Source: Nitrospirae bacterium CG02_land_8_20_14_3_00_41_53 (GTDB lineage: Bacteria > Nitrospirota > Thermodesulfovibrionia > Thermodesulfovibrionales > SM23-35). From it: DNA of 51,315 bases. Each line of letters opens with the position of its first letter. The stretch's first letter is position 1. The position numbers and the translations under genes are program-made. Below, piece by piece: positions 9,521 to 19,075 of the stretch. The stretch lies in contig PEUB01000106.1 of the NCBI GenBank assembly GCA_002780895.1, positions 1 through 51,315 of the forward strand, given 5' to 3'. The notes under the pieces were generated by a model. The model was not told where the DNA came from. It saw only the letters and a program-made list of their open reading frames with translations, and did not search any database.

Positions 9521-10037
9521 GCCTTGCTATCTCCATCCTTATTCTCGCAATTATATCTTCTACAGAAGTCTTATCTGTGTCCATTACAATCTCTGGATTC
9601 ATTGGTTCTTCATAAGGCACAACAATACCAGGCACGGGCCAACCCGCAGCCCCTTTTTTATAAATATCCTTTGGTGCCTCATGAGCCTCTAACCTCTGTT
9701 TCTCGCGCTCGATGCACCACTCAATAGGGCATCTGAGATATACCTCTACATATATAGGTATAAGTTGTCTTGCGAGTTCACGCCATCTCCTAAGGTTTCC
9801 TGTAGCATCTATGATTATATTGTGTCCGAGTTCTGTCAGCGTTTTTGCAAGGTAAACGAGTGACCTGTAAACTATTTCTCTTTCAGAGTCAGAATAAGTT
9901 GGATCAGGGGTAACGATCTTCCTCAGCTCATCCATTCTTAGGATTACGAATTCAGGATGCGCTTTTTTTAGTGCGTCAGCAACTGTGCTCTTCCCGCTCC
10001 CCGGAAGCCCTGTTATCCATATCGCAATGCCAGACAT
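9510..10037 (-). CDS. Adenylyl-sulfate kinase-like P-loop kinase
   Basis: AIWITGLPGSGKST, EVYLRCP, PYEEPMNPE; ATG10037 is the likely start because the ORF-track extension runs into repeat DNA. Confidence 0.75.
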   Translation of the reverse strand: MSGIAIWITGLPGSGKSTVADALKKAHPEFVILRMDELRKIVTPDPTYSDSEREIVYRSLVYLAKTLTELGHNIIIDATGNLRRWRELARQLIPIYVEVYLRCPIEWCIEREKQRLEAHEAPKDIYKKGAAGWPVPGIVVPYEEPMNPEIVMDTDKTSVEDIIARIRMEIARLKS

Positions 10038-10142
10038 ATCCCTTCCTCTACCACTTTCTTTTTTCCCCTTCTGGTATATATAATACCTAAATTGAGCGAT
10101 TCTTAATAATATAATCATGGAACTTGTTGAATTTATTATCAA

Positions 10143-10330
10143 ACACCCCCACCCTAACCCTCCCCCGTCAAGGGGGAGGGGATAGAGAAAACCCCCCGTC
10201 AAGGGGGAGGGGATAGAGAAAACCCCCCGTCAAGGGGGAGGGGATATCTATATAAATCCCCTCTTGAGAGGGGTGTAGGGGTGTGTTATCCCCCCTCCCC
10301 TGGCGGGAGGGGCAAGGGGAGGGGGATTAT
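10143..10330. repeat. Intergenic composite palindrome cluster with 31-bp tandem amplification
   Basis: CCCCCGTCAAGGGGGAGGGGATAGAGAAAAC at 10162-10192, 10193-10223 and partially 10224-10246; module B at 10253-10287; module C at about 10288-10328. Confidence 0.9.
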
Positions 10331-10368
10331 AATCGCTCAATTTAGATAATATATAATTAAATAAGGAA

Positions 10369-11220
10369 ATGAAACAGATGAAGTCAGATATTACTACCAG
10401 GGATATAGACTTTCTGAAGGAAAAGGCAAGGATCATAAGGATAGAAATCCTTAAGATGCTTACTGAGGCAGGCTCTGGCCATACAGGTGGTTCTCTGTCA
10501 ACAGCCGATATTGTTACAGCACTATATTTCTACAAAATGAGGCACAAACCCAAAGATCCGAAATGGAGGGAAAGGGACAGGTTCATCCTTTCAAAAGGCC
10601 ATGCAGCACCTGTACTGTATGCAGCCCTTGCACTTTCAGGATATTTTGATAAATCATTGCTTAATACATTACGCAAACTCGGAAGCCCCCTTCAAGGACA
10701 TCCATGCTCAAAGATGCTTCAGGGGGTCGAGATATCAACAGGTTCTTTAGGGCAGGGCTTGTCTATTGCAAATGGGATTGCTATAGGGCTTAAGCTGGAT
10801 GGGTTGGCTTCACGTGTCTATTGCCTTCTTGGGGATGGTGAGACTCAGGAAGGACAGGTCTGGGAGGCTGCCATGACTGCTGCACATTACAGGCTTGATA
10901 ACTTATGTGCGATTATTGATAATAACGGCCTTCAGATAGACGGATATTGCAGTGATGTTATGTGCATTGAGCCGATTGTAGATAAATGGGAGGCATTTGG
11001 ATGGTATGTTATTGACATTAACGGGCATGATATGGAAGCTATAGTAAATGCCTTTAATGAGGCAGAGACAGTAAAGAATAAACCGACAATGATAGTCGCA
11101 CGGACAGTAAAGGGTAAAGGCGTTTCCTTTTTTGAAGGGAAAGTTCAGTATCATGGAATAACACCTACACGCGAAGAGCTCGAGAGGGCATTAAAGGAGT
11201 TAGGAGGAGATGGAGGGTAA
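10369..11220 (+). CDS. Transketolase, N-terminal subunit
   Basis: SGHTGGSLS, DRFILSKGH, STGSLGQG and GDGE TPP-binding motifs. Confidence 0.93.
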   Translation: MKQMKSDITTRDIDFLKEKARIIRIEILKMLTEAGSGHTGGSLSTADIVTALYFYKMRHKPKDPKWRERDRFILSKGHAAPVLYAALALSGYFDKSLLNTLRKLGSPLQGHPCSKMLQGVEISTGSLGQGLSIANGIAIGLKLDGLASRVYCLLGDGETQEGQVWEAAMTAAHYRLDNLCAIIDNNGLQIDGYCSDVMCIEPIVDKWEAFGWYVIDINGHDMEAIVNAFNEAETVKNKPTMIVARTVKGKGVSFFEGKVQYHGITPTREELERALKELGGDGG

Positions 11221-12151
11221 AGGACAAGGTATCGCCACAAGGGACGCCTATGGAGAGGCACTCCTTGAACTCGGCAAGAAAAGGGCTGAAGTTGTTGTTC
11301 TTGATGCAGACCTTTCAGGTTCTACAAAGACAGGGAAATTTGCAAAGGCATTTCCTGAGAGATTCTATAACTTAGGCGTTTCAGAACAGGATTTGATAGG
11401 CACAGCAAGCGGCCTTTCCCTCACAGGCAAGCTGCCGTTTGCCTCGACATTTGCAGTTTTTGAGACAGGGAGGGCATGGGAGCAGATAAGGCAGACTGTC
11501 TGCTACTCAAACCTTAATGTGAAACTTGTGGCAACGCACAGTGGCATTACTGTTGGTGAAGATGGTGCATCTCATCAGGCAATAGAAGATGTTGCACTTA
11601 TGAGGGTTCTTCCAAACATGACAGTCATAGTGCCTTCGGATGGTAATGAGACAAGGCAAGTTGTTAATGTCATATCAGATTATAGGGGTCCTGTTTATGT
11701 AAGGCTCGGCAGAACTAAGGTTTTAGATGTGATGCCTGATGATTATGAATTTAAAATAGGCAAGGCTTACATATTCAATATAGGAAAGGATGCTAATATA
11801 GTGGCTATGGGGATTATGGTATCCATGGCGATTGAGGCTGCAAGAGTCCTTAAGCGTGATGGTATAGATACCGGCGTTGTAAATATGTCTACTGTAAAAC
11901 CACTCGACACGAAGACCTTACTAAAGGCTTCAAGGGCATGTAAACTCATTGTTACTGCTGAAGAACATTCGATTATAGGTGGTCTTGGGGGCGCTGTAAG
12001 TGAATTTCTTTCTGAAAACTACCCTGTTAAGATTCGCCGGATAGGGCTAATGGACGACTTTGGATGCTCAGGCCCACCAGAGGAATTATTAAAATTTTAT
12101 GGCCTTACCCCTGAGAATATCGTAAAGACGATTAAAGAGGTACTAACATAA
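11210..12151 (+). CDS. Transketolase, C-terminal subunit
   Basis: LDADLSGST, GEDGASHQ, EEHSIIGGLG. Confidence 0.93.
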   Translation: MEGKGQGIATRDAYGEALLELGKKRAEVVVLDADLSGSTKTGKFAKAFPERFYNLGVSEQDLIGTASGLSLTGKLPFASTFAVFETGRAWEQIRQTVCYSNLNVKLVATHSGITVGEDGASHQAIEDVALMRVLPNMTVIVPSDGNETRQVVNVISDYRGPVYVRLGRTKVLDVMPDDYEFKIGKAYIFNIGKDANIVAMGIMVSMAIEAARVLKRDGIDTGVVNMSTVKPLDTKTLLKASRACKLIVTAEEHSIIGGLGGAVSEFLSENYPVKIRRIGLMDDFGCSGPPEELLKFYGLTPENIVKTIKEVLT

Positions 12152-12175
12152 ATTCAAGGTTTAAAATTTTTTGAG

Positions 12176-12838
12176 ATGATACACTTCCACGACGTATCAA
12201 AACACTATGATAATCAGACAGCTTTGAGAAAAATAACCTTTTCCATTGATAAAGGGGAGATGGTATTTGTAACCGGGCTGAGTGGTTCAGGGAAGACAAC
12301 ACTCCTGAAGTTAATATATCTTGCAGAAAAACCAGACGAGGGCAATATTTCGGTAGCAGAATGGGAAATAGATAAGCTGGAGGAATCAAGCATACCGTTA
12401 CTGAGGCGGCATATCGGTGTCGTGTTTCAGGATTTCAGGCTCCTCAATAACAGAAATGTATTTGACAACGTTGCACTTGCCCTGAGGATAAGGGGAGTAA
12501 ACGAGAAAGAGTTGAAGACACGTGTATTCGACTCGCTTAAGATAGTAAACCTGAGACATAGGGCAGACAGCTACCCTCATGCCCTGTCAGGAGGAGAGCA
12601 GCAGAGAGTTGCTATTGCAAGGGCTATTGTTTCTGACCCGACAATTATCCTTGCTGATGAGCCAACCGGCAATGTTGACCCTGATACCTCAGCAGGTATA
12701 ATAAGGACATTTAAGGATATCAATGCAAGAGGCGCGACGATCCTGATTGCCACACACGACAGAGCGCTTTTCAAAAACACAGGCAGAAGGGTACTGAGAC
12801 TTGATAGCGGTAATCTTACCGGAGAGGAGATTGGTTAA
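12176..12838 (+). CDS. ftsE: Cell division ABC ATPase FtsE
   Basis: GLSGSGKTT, VFQDFRLL, LSGGEQQRV; followed by ftsX. Confidence 0.92.
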   Translation: MIHFHDVSKHYDNQTALRKITFSIDKGEMVFVTGLSGSGKTTLLKLIYLAEKPDEGNISVAEWEIDKLEESSIPLLRRHIGVVFQDFRLLNNRNVFDNVALALRIRGVNEKELKTRVFDSLKIVNLRHRADSYPHALSGGEQQRVAIARAIVSDPTIILADEPTGNVDPDTSAGIIRTFKDINARGATILIATHDRALFKNTGRRVLRLDSGNLTGEEIG

Positions 12839-13714
12839 ATGGCTTTTCCATATGCATTCAGGCTTGCAGCCCGCAGCATATTATACGAGAAGTGGATAAA
12901 TCTACTTTCCATCCTGACAATAGCAGCAGGTCTCCTCTTTATAGCCATTACCGCCCTATCTGTATACAATATTGATGTAACAACAAAAAGGCTCCCTGAG
13001 AAGTTTTCTGTGATGCTTTACCTGAGGGATAATCTCTCAGGTAAAGAATTAGAAAATATAATAAATACTGTCAGGAAAGACGATACTGTAAAGAGAGTAA
13101 AATATATCTCGAGAGATGAGGCGATGAAGGAACTTAAAACTACGTTAAAGGATACAAAGTATGTACTCGATGGCCTCGGAGAAAATCCTCTCCCTGATTC
13201 AATAGAGGTGAAACTTAAGGATGAAGCAGTAAGCCCTGACACTGTAAAAAGGCTTACAGCAAAGTTAAGGGAGATAAAGGGAGTGGACGAGATAGAGTAT
13301 GGCGAAAAATTCCTGTCCTCTATATATTCCTTAAAAGTCGGGATGAATACTATAGGCATAGTATTTGTCATTATAATGTCTGCTGGAATGATATTTGTTT
13401 GCTACAGCACTGTGAAGATACTTTTTTACAGGAAGAGTGAGGAGATAGAGACCTACAAACTTTTAGGCGCCACAAAAGGATTTATAAGGGCACCGTTCAT
13501 TATAGAAGGCGCTGTTATGGGCTTTATCGGGGGGCTTTTGAGTCTCATTGGTATTTTATCATTATATTACACAGTTATTTTCAGGCTTAGCTATACAATC
13601 CCTCTCTTTAAGACGATCATCTTTCCGATTAATATATCCCTTTATCTTCCTCTGGCAGGACTTTTCCTCGGGATGACAGGCGCTGTTATAGCTATCGGGA
13701 GGATCAGATACTGA
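12839..13714 (+). CDS. ftsX: Cell division permease FtsX
   Basis: ENPLPDS and LLGATKGFIRAPFIIEG motifs; 4-TM layout. Confidence 0.9.
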   Translation: MAFPYAFRLAARSILYEKWINLLSILTIAAGLLFIAITALSVYNIDVTTKRLPEKFSVMLYLRDNLSGKELENIINTVRKDDTVKRVKYISRDEAMKELKTTLKDTKYVLDGLGENPLPDSIEVKLKDEAVSPDTVKRLTAKLREIKGVDEIEYGEKFLSSIYSLKVGMNTIGIVFVIIMSAGMIFVCYSTVKILFYRKSEEIETYKLLGATKGFIRAPFIIEGAVMGFIGGLLSLIGILSLYYTVIFRLSYTIPLFKTIIFPINISLYLPLAGLFLGMTGAVIAIGRIRY

Positions 13715-13719
13715 GCAAA

Positions 13720-14970
13720 GTGCAAATAGTAAAGTGCAAAGAGCTAAAAGTTAAGAAACTTAGTGCCATGCGTTCTTTGCTGCATACTCTTAGTTACATA
13801 CTAATAGTTACATGCCCTTTGCTATTTGTTTCATCTGAAAATCCCCCCATCCCCCCTTTACTAAAGGGGGGTGAGGGGGGATTACTTTCAATCTGTTATG
13901 CTGCTACACCGCATGAAGAATATAAAAGGATACAGAAAGAGATAGATTCGCACAAGGGAAAACTCAAAAAAGTAAAAAGGCGTGAATCCTCGATCCTAAA
14001 TGATATCGAGAAGACCAACATGCAGCTCAATATAGTAGAGGCTGAACTCAGAAAATACAGGAAGAAACTTATGGACACAGAATCAAATATATCGAAGGTA
14101 GAGGCTGAAATTTCTCAAAATAAAAGCAGTATCGAGAAGCGCAGGGAGTGGATAAAGAGAAAACTCAGGGCTATGCAGAAATATGGGCATACCGCAGACA
14201 TAGTTCTGTTATTTTTGAGCGCTGATGATGTCTCTCAGATGATGAGAAGCGGGAAATCCCTGCAATATATTGCTTCTTACGAACACAGGGTACTGAACAC
14301 CTATAAAGAGAACCTGGAAGGCCTTCAAGAGAAAGATAGTCAGCTCATGGCGCTCAAGACAGAACTGATAAAGAATAAAGAGAAGGTCAGGGCAGATGAG
14401 GCATCCCTTGCGGAAAAGAAGAAGAACAAAGAAGTAATTCTTACATCTGTAAGAAAAGAGGAATCCTCTTATACAAAGATGTTAAGGGAGTTAAAGGATG
14501 CCTCAAAAAGGCTGTTAGAGGTTATTAGAGAGGCTGAGAAGACAGATACGTTCTCCGCAAAGGGTCTTTCAAGACTTAAGGGAAAACTTCCCTGGCCTGT
14601 TGAGGGAAAGGTGGCAATCCCGTACGGCTCTCAAAAGGATCTCCAGTTTAATACGCCGATTTTCAGAAGCGGCGCATACATACAGTCAGGTGCTGATCCT
14701 TTTGCAAAGGCCGTATATAATGGCAAGGTTGTTTTTGCAGAGTGGTTTAAGGGTTACGGCCAGCTCGTGATTATAAACCATGGTGATGGATATCATACGC
14801 TATATGGAAGTCTTTCCGAGATTTTTACTAAAGTTGGAGATATAATAAAGATAAAGCAGATAATTGGACGAGTGGGAAATTCTGGCATCCTCAATACGCC
14901 TGGGCTTTATTTTGAACTGCGATATAAGGGCAAGCCCCTTGATCCAATACAGTGGCTGAAAAAGAGATAA
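13720..14970 (+). CDS. envC: EnvC-like coiled-coil/M23 murein hydrolase activator (start uncertain)
   Basis: Long coiled coil, KGKLPWPVEG, GYGQLVIINHG, LYFELR; follows ftsEX. Confidence 0.85.
   Translation: MQIVKCKELKVKKLSAMRSLLHTLSYILIVTCPLLFVSSENPPIPPLLKGGEGGLLSICYAATPHEEYKRIQKEIDSHKGKLKKVKRRESSILNDIEKTNMQLNIVEAELRKYRKKLMDTESNISKVEAEISQNKSSIEKRREWIKRKLRAMQKYGHTADIVLLFLSADDVSQMMRSGKSLQYIASYEHRVLNTYKENLEGLQEKDSQLMALKTELIKNKEKVRADEASLAEKKKNKEVILTSVRKEESSYTKMLRELKDASKRLLEVIREAEKTDTFSAKGLSRLKGKLPWPVEGKVAIPYGSQKDLQFNTPIFRSGAYIQSGADPFAKAVYNGKVVFAEWFKGYGQLVIINHGDGYHTLYGSLSEIFTKVGDIIKIKQIIGRVGNSGILNTPGLYFELRYKGKPLDPIQWLKKR
13840..13883. repeat. C/G-tract palindrome in the envC N-terminal region
   Basis: AATCCCCCCATCCCCCC-TTTACTAAA-GGGGGGTGAGGGGGGATT; its core is the reverse complement of the trpB/manC core; encodes NPPIPPLLKGGEGG. 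Confidence 0.9.
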
Positions 14971-15008
14971 ATCCACCTATGGCGGATAAATTCTGGAGGA
15001 TAAAAAAA

Positions 15009-16325
15009 ATGAATAAGAAGATGACTAAGAAAAGGATAATCCTGACGATAATTCTCATATTTACTATTACCTCAGCAGGTATCCTTATCGGAAGATGGAC
15101 CATAAACAGTGTGGGTGCAGAAGTCGAGGGATATGAAGAACTAAAGGTCTTTACAGAGGCCATCTCAGTTATCAGGAAGAACTATGTAGAAGATGTAAAA
15201 CCAAAGAACCTGATATATAGTGCGATTAAAGGGATGCTGGGCGCCCTCGACCCTCATTCCGGTTTTATGACACCTGAGATGTACAAAGAGATGCAGGTGG
15301 ACACAAAAGGAGAGTTCGGAGGTCTCGGTATTCAGATAGGAATAAAAGAAGGGTTTTTGACAGTGATAGCTCCGATAGAGGATACCCCTGCTTACAAGGC
15401 TGGCATAAAGGCAGGCGATAAGATAATAAAGATAAACAATGAGGCTACGAAAGACATGGGTCTTCATGACGCTGTCAGTAAGATGAGAGGAGTTCCATCA
15501 ACGTTTGTTAAATTAACTATACTCAGGGAGGGATGGAAAGAGTCAAAGGAATTTACTATAGTACGGGAGATAATAAAGATAAAGAGTGTTAAATCAAAGC
15601 TCCTTGAAGATGGTATAGGGTATATAAAGATAACCCAGTTTCAGGAGCAGACAGCAGATGACCTTTCTAATGCAATGGAGAAGCTGATGCAGGAAAAGAT
15701 GAATTCGCTTATACTTGACCTCAGAAACAATCCGGGAGGGCTCCTGAACAGCGCAGTGGATGTATCAGGCCAGTTCTTGCCATCTGGGAAGTTAGTGGTA
15801 TATATAAAAGGCAAAAAGGGTGAAAGGCAGGAGTATCGCAGCAATGAGACCAAGTCAAATTACACATTACCGATGGTCGTCCTTGTTAATCAGGGCAGTG
15901 CAAGTGCCTCAGAAATCGTTGCCGGTGCATTAAAGGACTGGAATAGGGCTGTTATTATCGGCACTCAGACCTTTGGTAAGGGGTCTGTACAATCAGTGGT
16001 CCCGCTTAGTGATGGTTCAGCCCTGAGGCTTACAACAGCAAGATATTACACACCGAAAGAAATATCTATACAGTCAACCGGGATTACACCTGATATCGTG
16101 GTAAAACCTGTAATAAAGGAAGGAGAGAAGGGACATCCTGCAATAAGAGAGAAAGACCTCGAGAGACATCTAAAGAATGGAGAGATAGAGATGGAAGAAA
16201 AACCAAAAGAGCCTGATGAGATAATACCCGTAGAGGTTGAAGAAAAAGAAGATATTCAGCTTCAAAAGGCTGTAGACCTTTTGAAGACTTGGAGAGTGTT
16301 TAAAGAACTGCCGAAGGCATCGTAG
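15009..16325 (+). CDS. ctpA: S41 carboxy-terminal processing protease
   Basis: PDZ domain, DLRNNPGG, SASASEIVAG, TFGKGSVQ; RBS GGAGGA at 14995-15000. Confidence 0.93.
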   Translation: MNKKMTKKRIILTIILIFTITSAGILIGRWTINSVGAEVEGYEELKVFTEAISVIRKNYVEDVKPKNLIYSAIKGMLGALDPHSGFMTPEMYKEMQVDTKGEFGGLGIQIGIKEGFLTVIAPIEDTPAYKAGIKAGDKIIKINNEATKDMGLHDAVSKMRGVPSTFVKLTILREGWKESKEFTIVREIIKIKSVKSKLLEDGIGYIKITQFQEQTADDLSNAMEKLMQEKMNSLILDLRNNPGGLLNSAVDVSGQFLPSGKLVVYIKGKKGERQEYRSNETKSNYTLPMVVLVNQGSASASEIVAGALKDWNRAVIIGTQTFGKGSVQSVVPLSDGSALRLTTARYYTPKEISIQSTGITPDIVVKPVIKEGEKGHPAIREKDLERHLKNGEIEMEEKPKEPDEIIPVEVEEKEDIQLQKAVDLLKTWRVFKELPKAS

Positions 16326-16326
16326 G

Positions 16327-17001
16327 GTGTCCAGAATTGTAGTTGACATAGAGACGGTTGGAAAGGATTTTGAGTCTCTCGATAAAACAACTCAGGAATA
16401 TCTTCTGAGGTATGCAGAGACAGAGGATGAAAAAGAGGGGATAAAAGACCGTCTCTCTTTTTATCCGCTGACAGCCGAAATCGTTACAATAGGATTACTC
16501 AATCCTGATACTCAGAAGGGCATTGTATTTTTTCAGAACGCAGGTGATCCACTTCTTCCATTCGAAGAAGATAACGTGAGATATGAAACAGGGACAGAGA
16601 AGGAGATTCTTGAGAAATTCTGGGATGTCATTAAGGGCCATGACAAATTTATAACCTTTAATGGCAGGGGTTTTGACTGTCCTTTTATTTTAATCCGTTC
16701 TGCCGTCCATAAAATAAGGCCAAAGAAGGATTTAATGCCGAATAGATATAATGATACGCATATAGACCTGCTCGATCAGCTTACATTTTATGGCGCCTCG
16801 CGCAGGAGGTTTAGTCTTGATATGTGGTGCAGGACATTCGGTATAAAAAGCCCTAAAGAAGACGGCATTACAGGGTATGAGGTTAAAGATCTCTTCAAGA
16901 CCGGAAGATACATAGATATTGCGAGATACTGTGTCGGTGACCTCAGGGCAACTAAGGAGCTTTTAAACTACTGGGAGAAATATATAAAGTTTTCACCTTA
17001 A
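16327..17001 (+). CDS. PolB-like 3'-5' exonuclease / RNase H-like protein
   Basis: DIET, TFNGRGFD and YCVGD DnaQ-like motifs. Confidence 0.8.
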   Translation: MSRIVVDIETVGKDFESLDKTTQEYLLRYAETEDEKEGIKDRLSFYPLTAEIVTIGLLNPDTQKGIVFFQNAGDPLLPFEEDNVRYETGTEKEILEKFWDVIKGHDKFITFNGRGFDCPFILIRSAVHKIRPKKDLMPNRYNDTHIDLLDQLTFYGASRRRFSLDMWCRTFGIKSPKEDGITGYEVKDLFKTGRYIDIARYCVGDLRATKELLNYWEKYIKFSP

Positions 17002-18135
17002 ATAATCATTAATCTTTTTAAGTTCAAACCTTTCATTATCAAGAACATTATTAACAAACCTAAAAATAAACTTTCTCTGTTCTGAGGTAATCTCTGGATA
17101 AAAAATAGGGTTTGCAACGACAGCTCCTCTGAAGGCAAAAAAAGGTGCAACAACTTCGTTTATCTCTGTATCTCCGGATGCTTTTATATATTCATCAAAA
17201 AACAAATTCAATCCTTCTAAATATGCTCCCCTGACATCACCGTGATTCTTAATTGAAAAAAATATGTAATTTATTGTAATCGCTGTTACATCATCAGCAG
17301 GTTCTCCCCACGGGCCCCTGCTCCTGTCGAGTAGGATGAAATCTACTACCCCCCCATTCCCCCCCTTGACAAGGGGGGGTATAGAGGGGGTAGAGTCCTT
17401 GCTAAGAGAAGGTGAAGGGGAGGGTGAGTCATGACTTCTAACTTCTTTAAACCAGATATTGCCTGGATGAAAATCTCCATGTATCTGTGACAGCCTATTG
17501 TGTTTGGGTTTTAATTTATAAATCCAGTCAACTGACTTTTTGATTATCTCCGTTATTTCATCATAACTCAAGGTTCCATCAGGATATGTATCAAAAACCC
17601 CCATCAGACATTCGCCATGTCCCACAGTATCTCTTAATTTCCTCCAGTAAAGTGTTTTGGAATGTTTCTTAACAGAATGAATTTCTGCAAGATATGATGT
17701 CATTGCTTTTATCTTCTTGATATCAGAATTTTCAAGCCTGTCTTTATGAGAAAATTCAGTTAGATCATTAAAATAATGTTTGCCCGATCCTTTTTCCATC
17801 AACAAATAATATTCTTTTCCACCGCCGATGGACTTTATCGAACCGTCCTCCATCTCAGAGAGCACATCAACAGCCTTAATATGCCTGGGCAGGTTTTTGT
17901 ACTCATCAAGGTCAAGAAGGAATACTGAAGCCCTGTCTGAGGGATAGTCATGCCCCAAACCTTCTGAAAGAAGAGTCTTTACAACATATGATCTAATGCC
18001 ATGCGGGGTTTTCATTTCTATAAGGAAGCCAGAGCCCTGAACACCTGAGCCGAGCTTTCTGATATCCACTTGAATTACATCACTGAATTTTTTCAGAAGG
18101 TAGGCTTTTAATGTTTCTTCATTGATCATATTCAC
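16993..18135 (-). CDS. APH/choline-kinase-like phosphotransferase with repeat insertion
   Basis: HGDFHPGNI and LLD...GEPADD motifs. Confidence 0.8.
   Translation of the reverse strand: MNMINEETLKAYLLKKFSDVIQVDIRKLGSGVQGSGFLIEMKTPHGIRSYVVKTLLSEGLGHDYPSDRASVFLLDLDEYKNLPRHIKAVDVLSEMEDGSIKSIGGGKEYYLLMEKGSGKHYFNDLTEFSHKDRLENSDIKKIKAMTSYLAEIHSVKKHSKTLYWRKLRDTVGHGECLMGVFDTYPDGTLSYDEITEIIKKSVDWIYKLKPKHNRLSQIHGDFHPGNIWFKEVRSHDSPSPSPSLSKDSTPSIPPLVKGGNGGVVDFILLDRSRGPWGEPADDVTAITINYIFFSIKNHGDVRGAYLEGLNLFFDEYIKASGDTEINEVVAPFFAFRGAVVANPIFYPEITSEQRKFIFRFVNNVLDNERFELKKINDYLR
17346..17446. repeat. Palindrome, half element and heptamers, in frame in the phosphotransferase
   Basis: CTACCCCCCCATTCCCCCCCTT-GAC-AAGGGGGGGTATAGAGGGGGTAG (17346-17393), half element 17397-17427, then GACTTCT AACTTCT. 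Confidence 0.85.
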
Positions 18136-19064
18136 AACTCTCCGAAATTGCTTTTATATCTTTCAACAAAATCTTCGTACGTATACTGATGTTCCTGAGT
18201 CCCGTATTTCTCTAATGCATATGCAGCCGCAACAGTTCCCATCTTTGCGGCAGTTTCAATATTCCTGCCTATAACAATTCCCTTCAGCAGCCCTGCCCTG
18301 AAAGCATCACCTGCGCCTGTAGGGTCAACGACATCGTGAACTTTTGGTGCCGGGATGCTCACATCAAAATCAGGATTGCTTATAAGAGAGCCTTTTTCTC
18401 CAAGGGTTGTTATAATAATCTTTGTCAGACCTTTCAGTCTTTTTTTGTCCATACCCGTTATTTTCATAATCATCTCAAGTTCATAATCATTGGAGATTAG
18501 CAACATCGAACCATCAAGCCACTCTATAAGAGGTTTTCCTTCCCATTGTGTGAGAGACTGTCCCGGGTCGCAGATATAATTTATGCCTTTATCCTTGCAT
18601 ATCCTTGCATATTTGATCATATCCTGAAGGTTTCCCGGGCCAATCACGCCAATTGAGGTTCCAGGGTCAGCGTTTTCGAACTTGTATTCGGATGGATATT
18701 TCATTGCACCAGGATTGAATCCTGTTATCTGATTGTCAGTCTTGTCGGTTATTATATATGCCCCGGCAGTGAACTCTTCATTAATTATCTTTATCCCCTC
18801 TTCCGAAATATTGTTCCTCTTCAGCCAATCGAAATAGATTTGGTAATCTTTACCTATGGTTGCAATTATAACCGCCCTCTCATTAAGGAGGCTGAGTGAA
18901 TAAGCTATGTTTCCGGCAGTACCGCCAAATTTTTCTACCATCCCGTTAACAGTAAAACATACATTCAGGATGTGTATCTTATCCGGCAGAATGTGGTCTG
19001 ATAATTTTCCTGGAAAGTCCATGATCCTGTCGTATGCCATTGAACCTGAGATATATATATTCAT
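18132..19064 (-). CDS. PfkB-family carbohydrate/nucleoside kinase
   Basis: GGTAGNIAY, NDYE, DPTGAGDAFRAG. Confidence 0.9.
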   Translation of the reverse strand: MNIYISGSMAYDRIMDFPGKLSDHILPDKIHILNVCFTVNGMVEKFGGTAGNIAYSLSLLNERAVIIATIGKDYQIYFDWLKRNNISEEGIKIINEEFTAGAYIITDKTDNQITGFNPGAMKYPSEYKFENADPGTSIGVIGPGNLQDMIKYARICKDKGINYICDPGQSLTQWEGKPLIEWLDGSMLLISNDYELEMIMKITGMDKKRLKGLTKIIITTLGEKGSLISNPDFDVSIPAPKVHDVVDPTGAGDAFRAGLLKGIVIGRNIETAAKMGTVAAAYALEKYGTQEHQYTYEDFVERYKSNFGEL

Positions 19065-19075
19065 AACCTCTCTAC

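Noticed and set aside
10162-10246. Possible CRISPR array (31-bp repeats)
   Set aside because: Units are directly adjacent with no unique spacers, and no cas genes are in the window
10038-10436. N-terminal extension of ORF 9510..10202 and ORF 10248..10436
   Set aside because: These are read-throughs of intergenic palindrome DNA; kinase homology begins at ATG10037
14971-14987. Small hairpin ATCCACC-tat-GGCGGAT between envC and ctpA
   Set aside because: Possibly another mini-repeat, but it is single-copy in the window, short and imperfect
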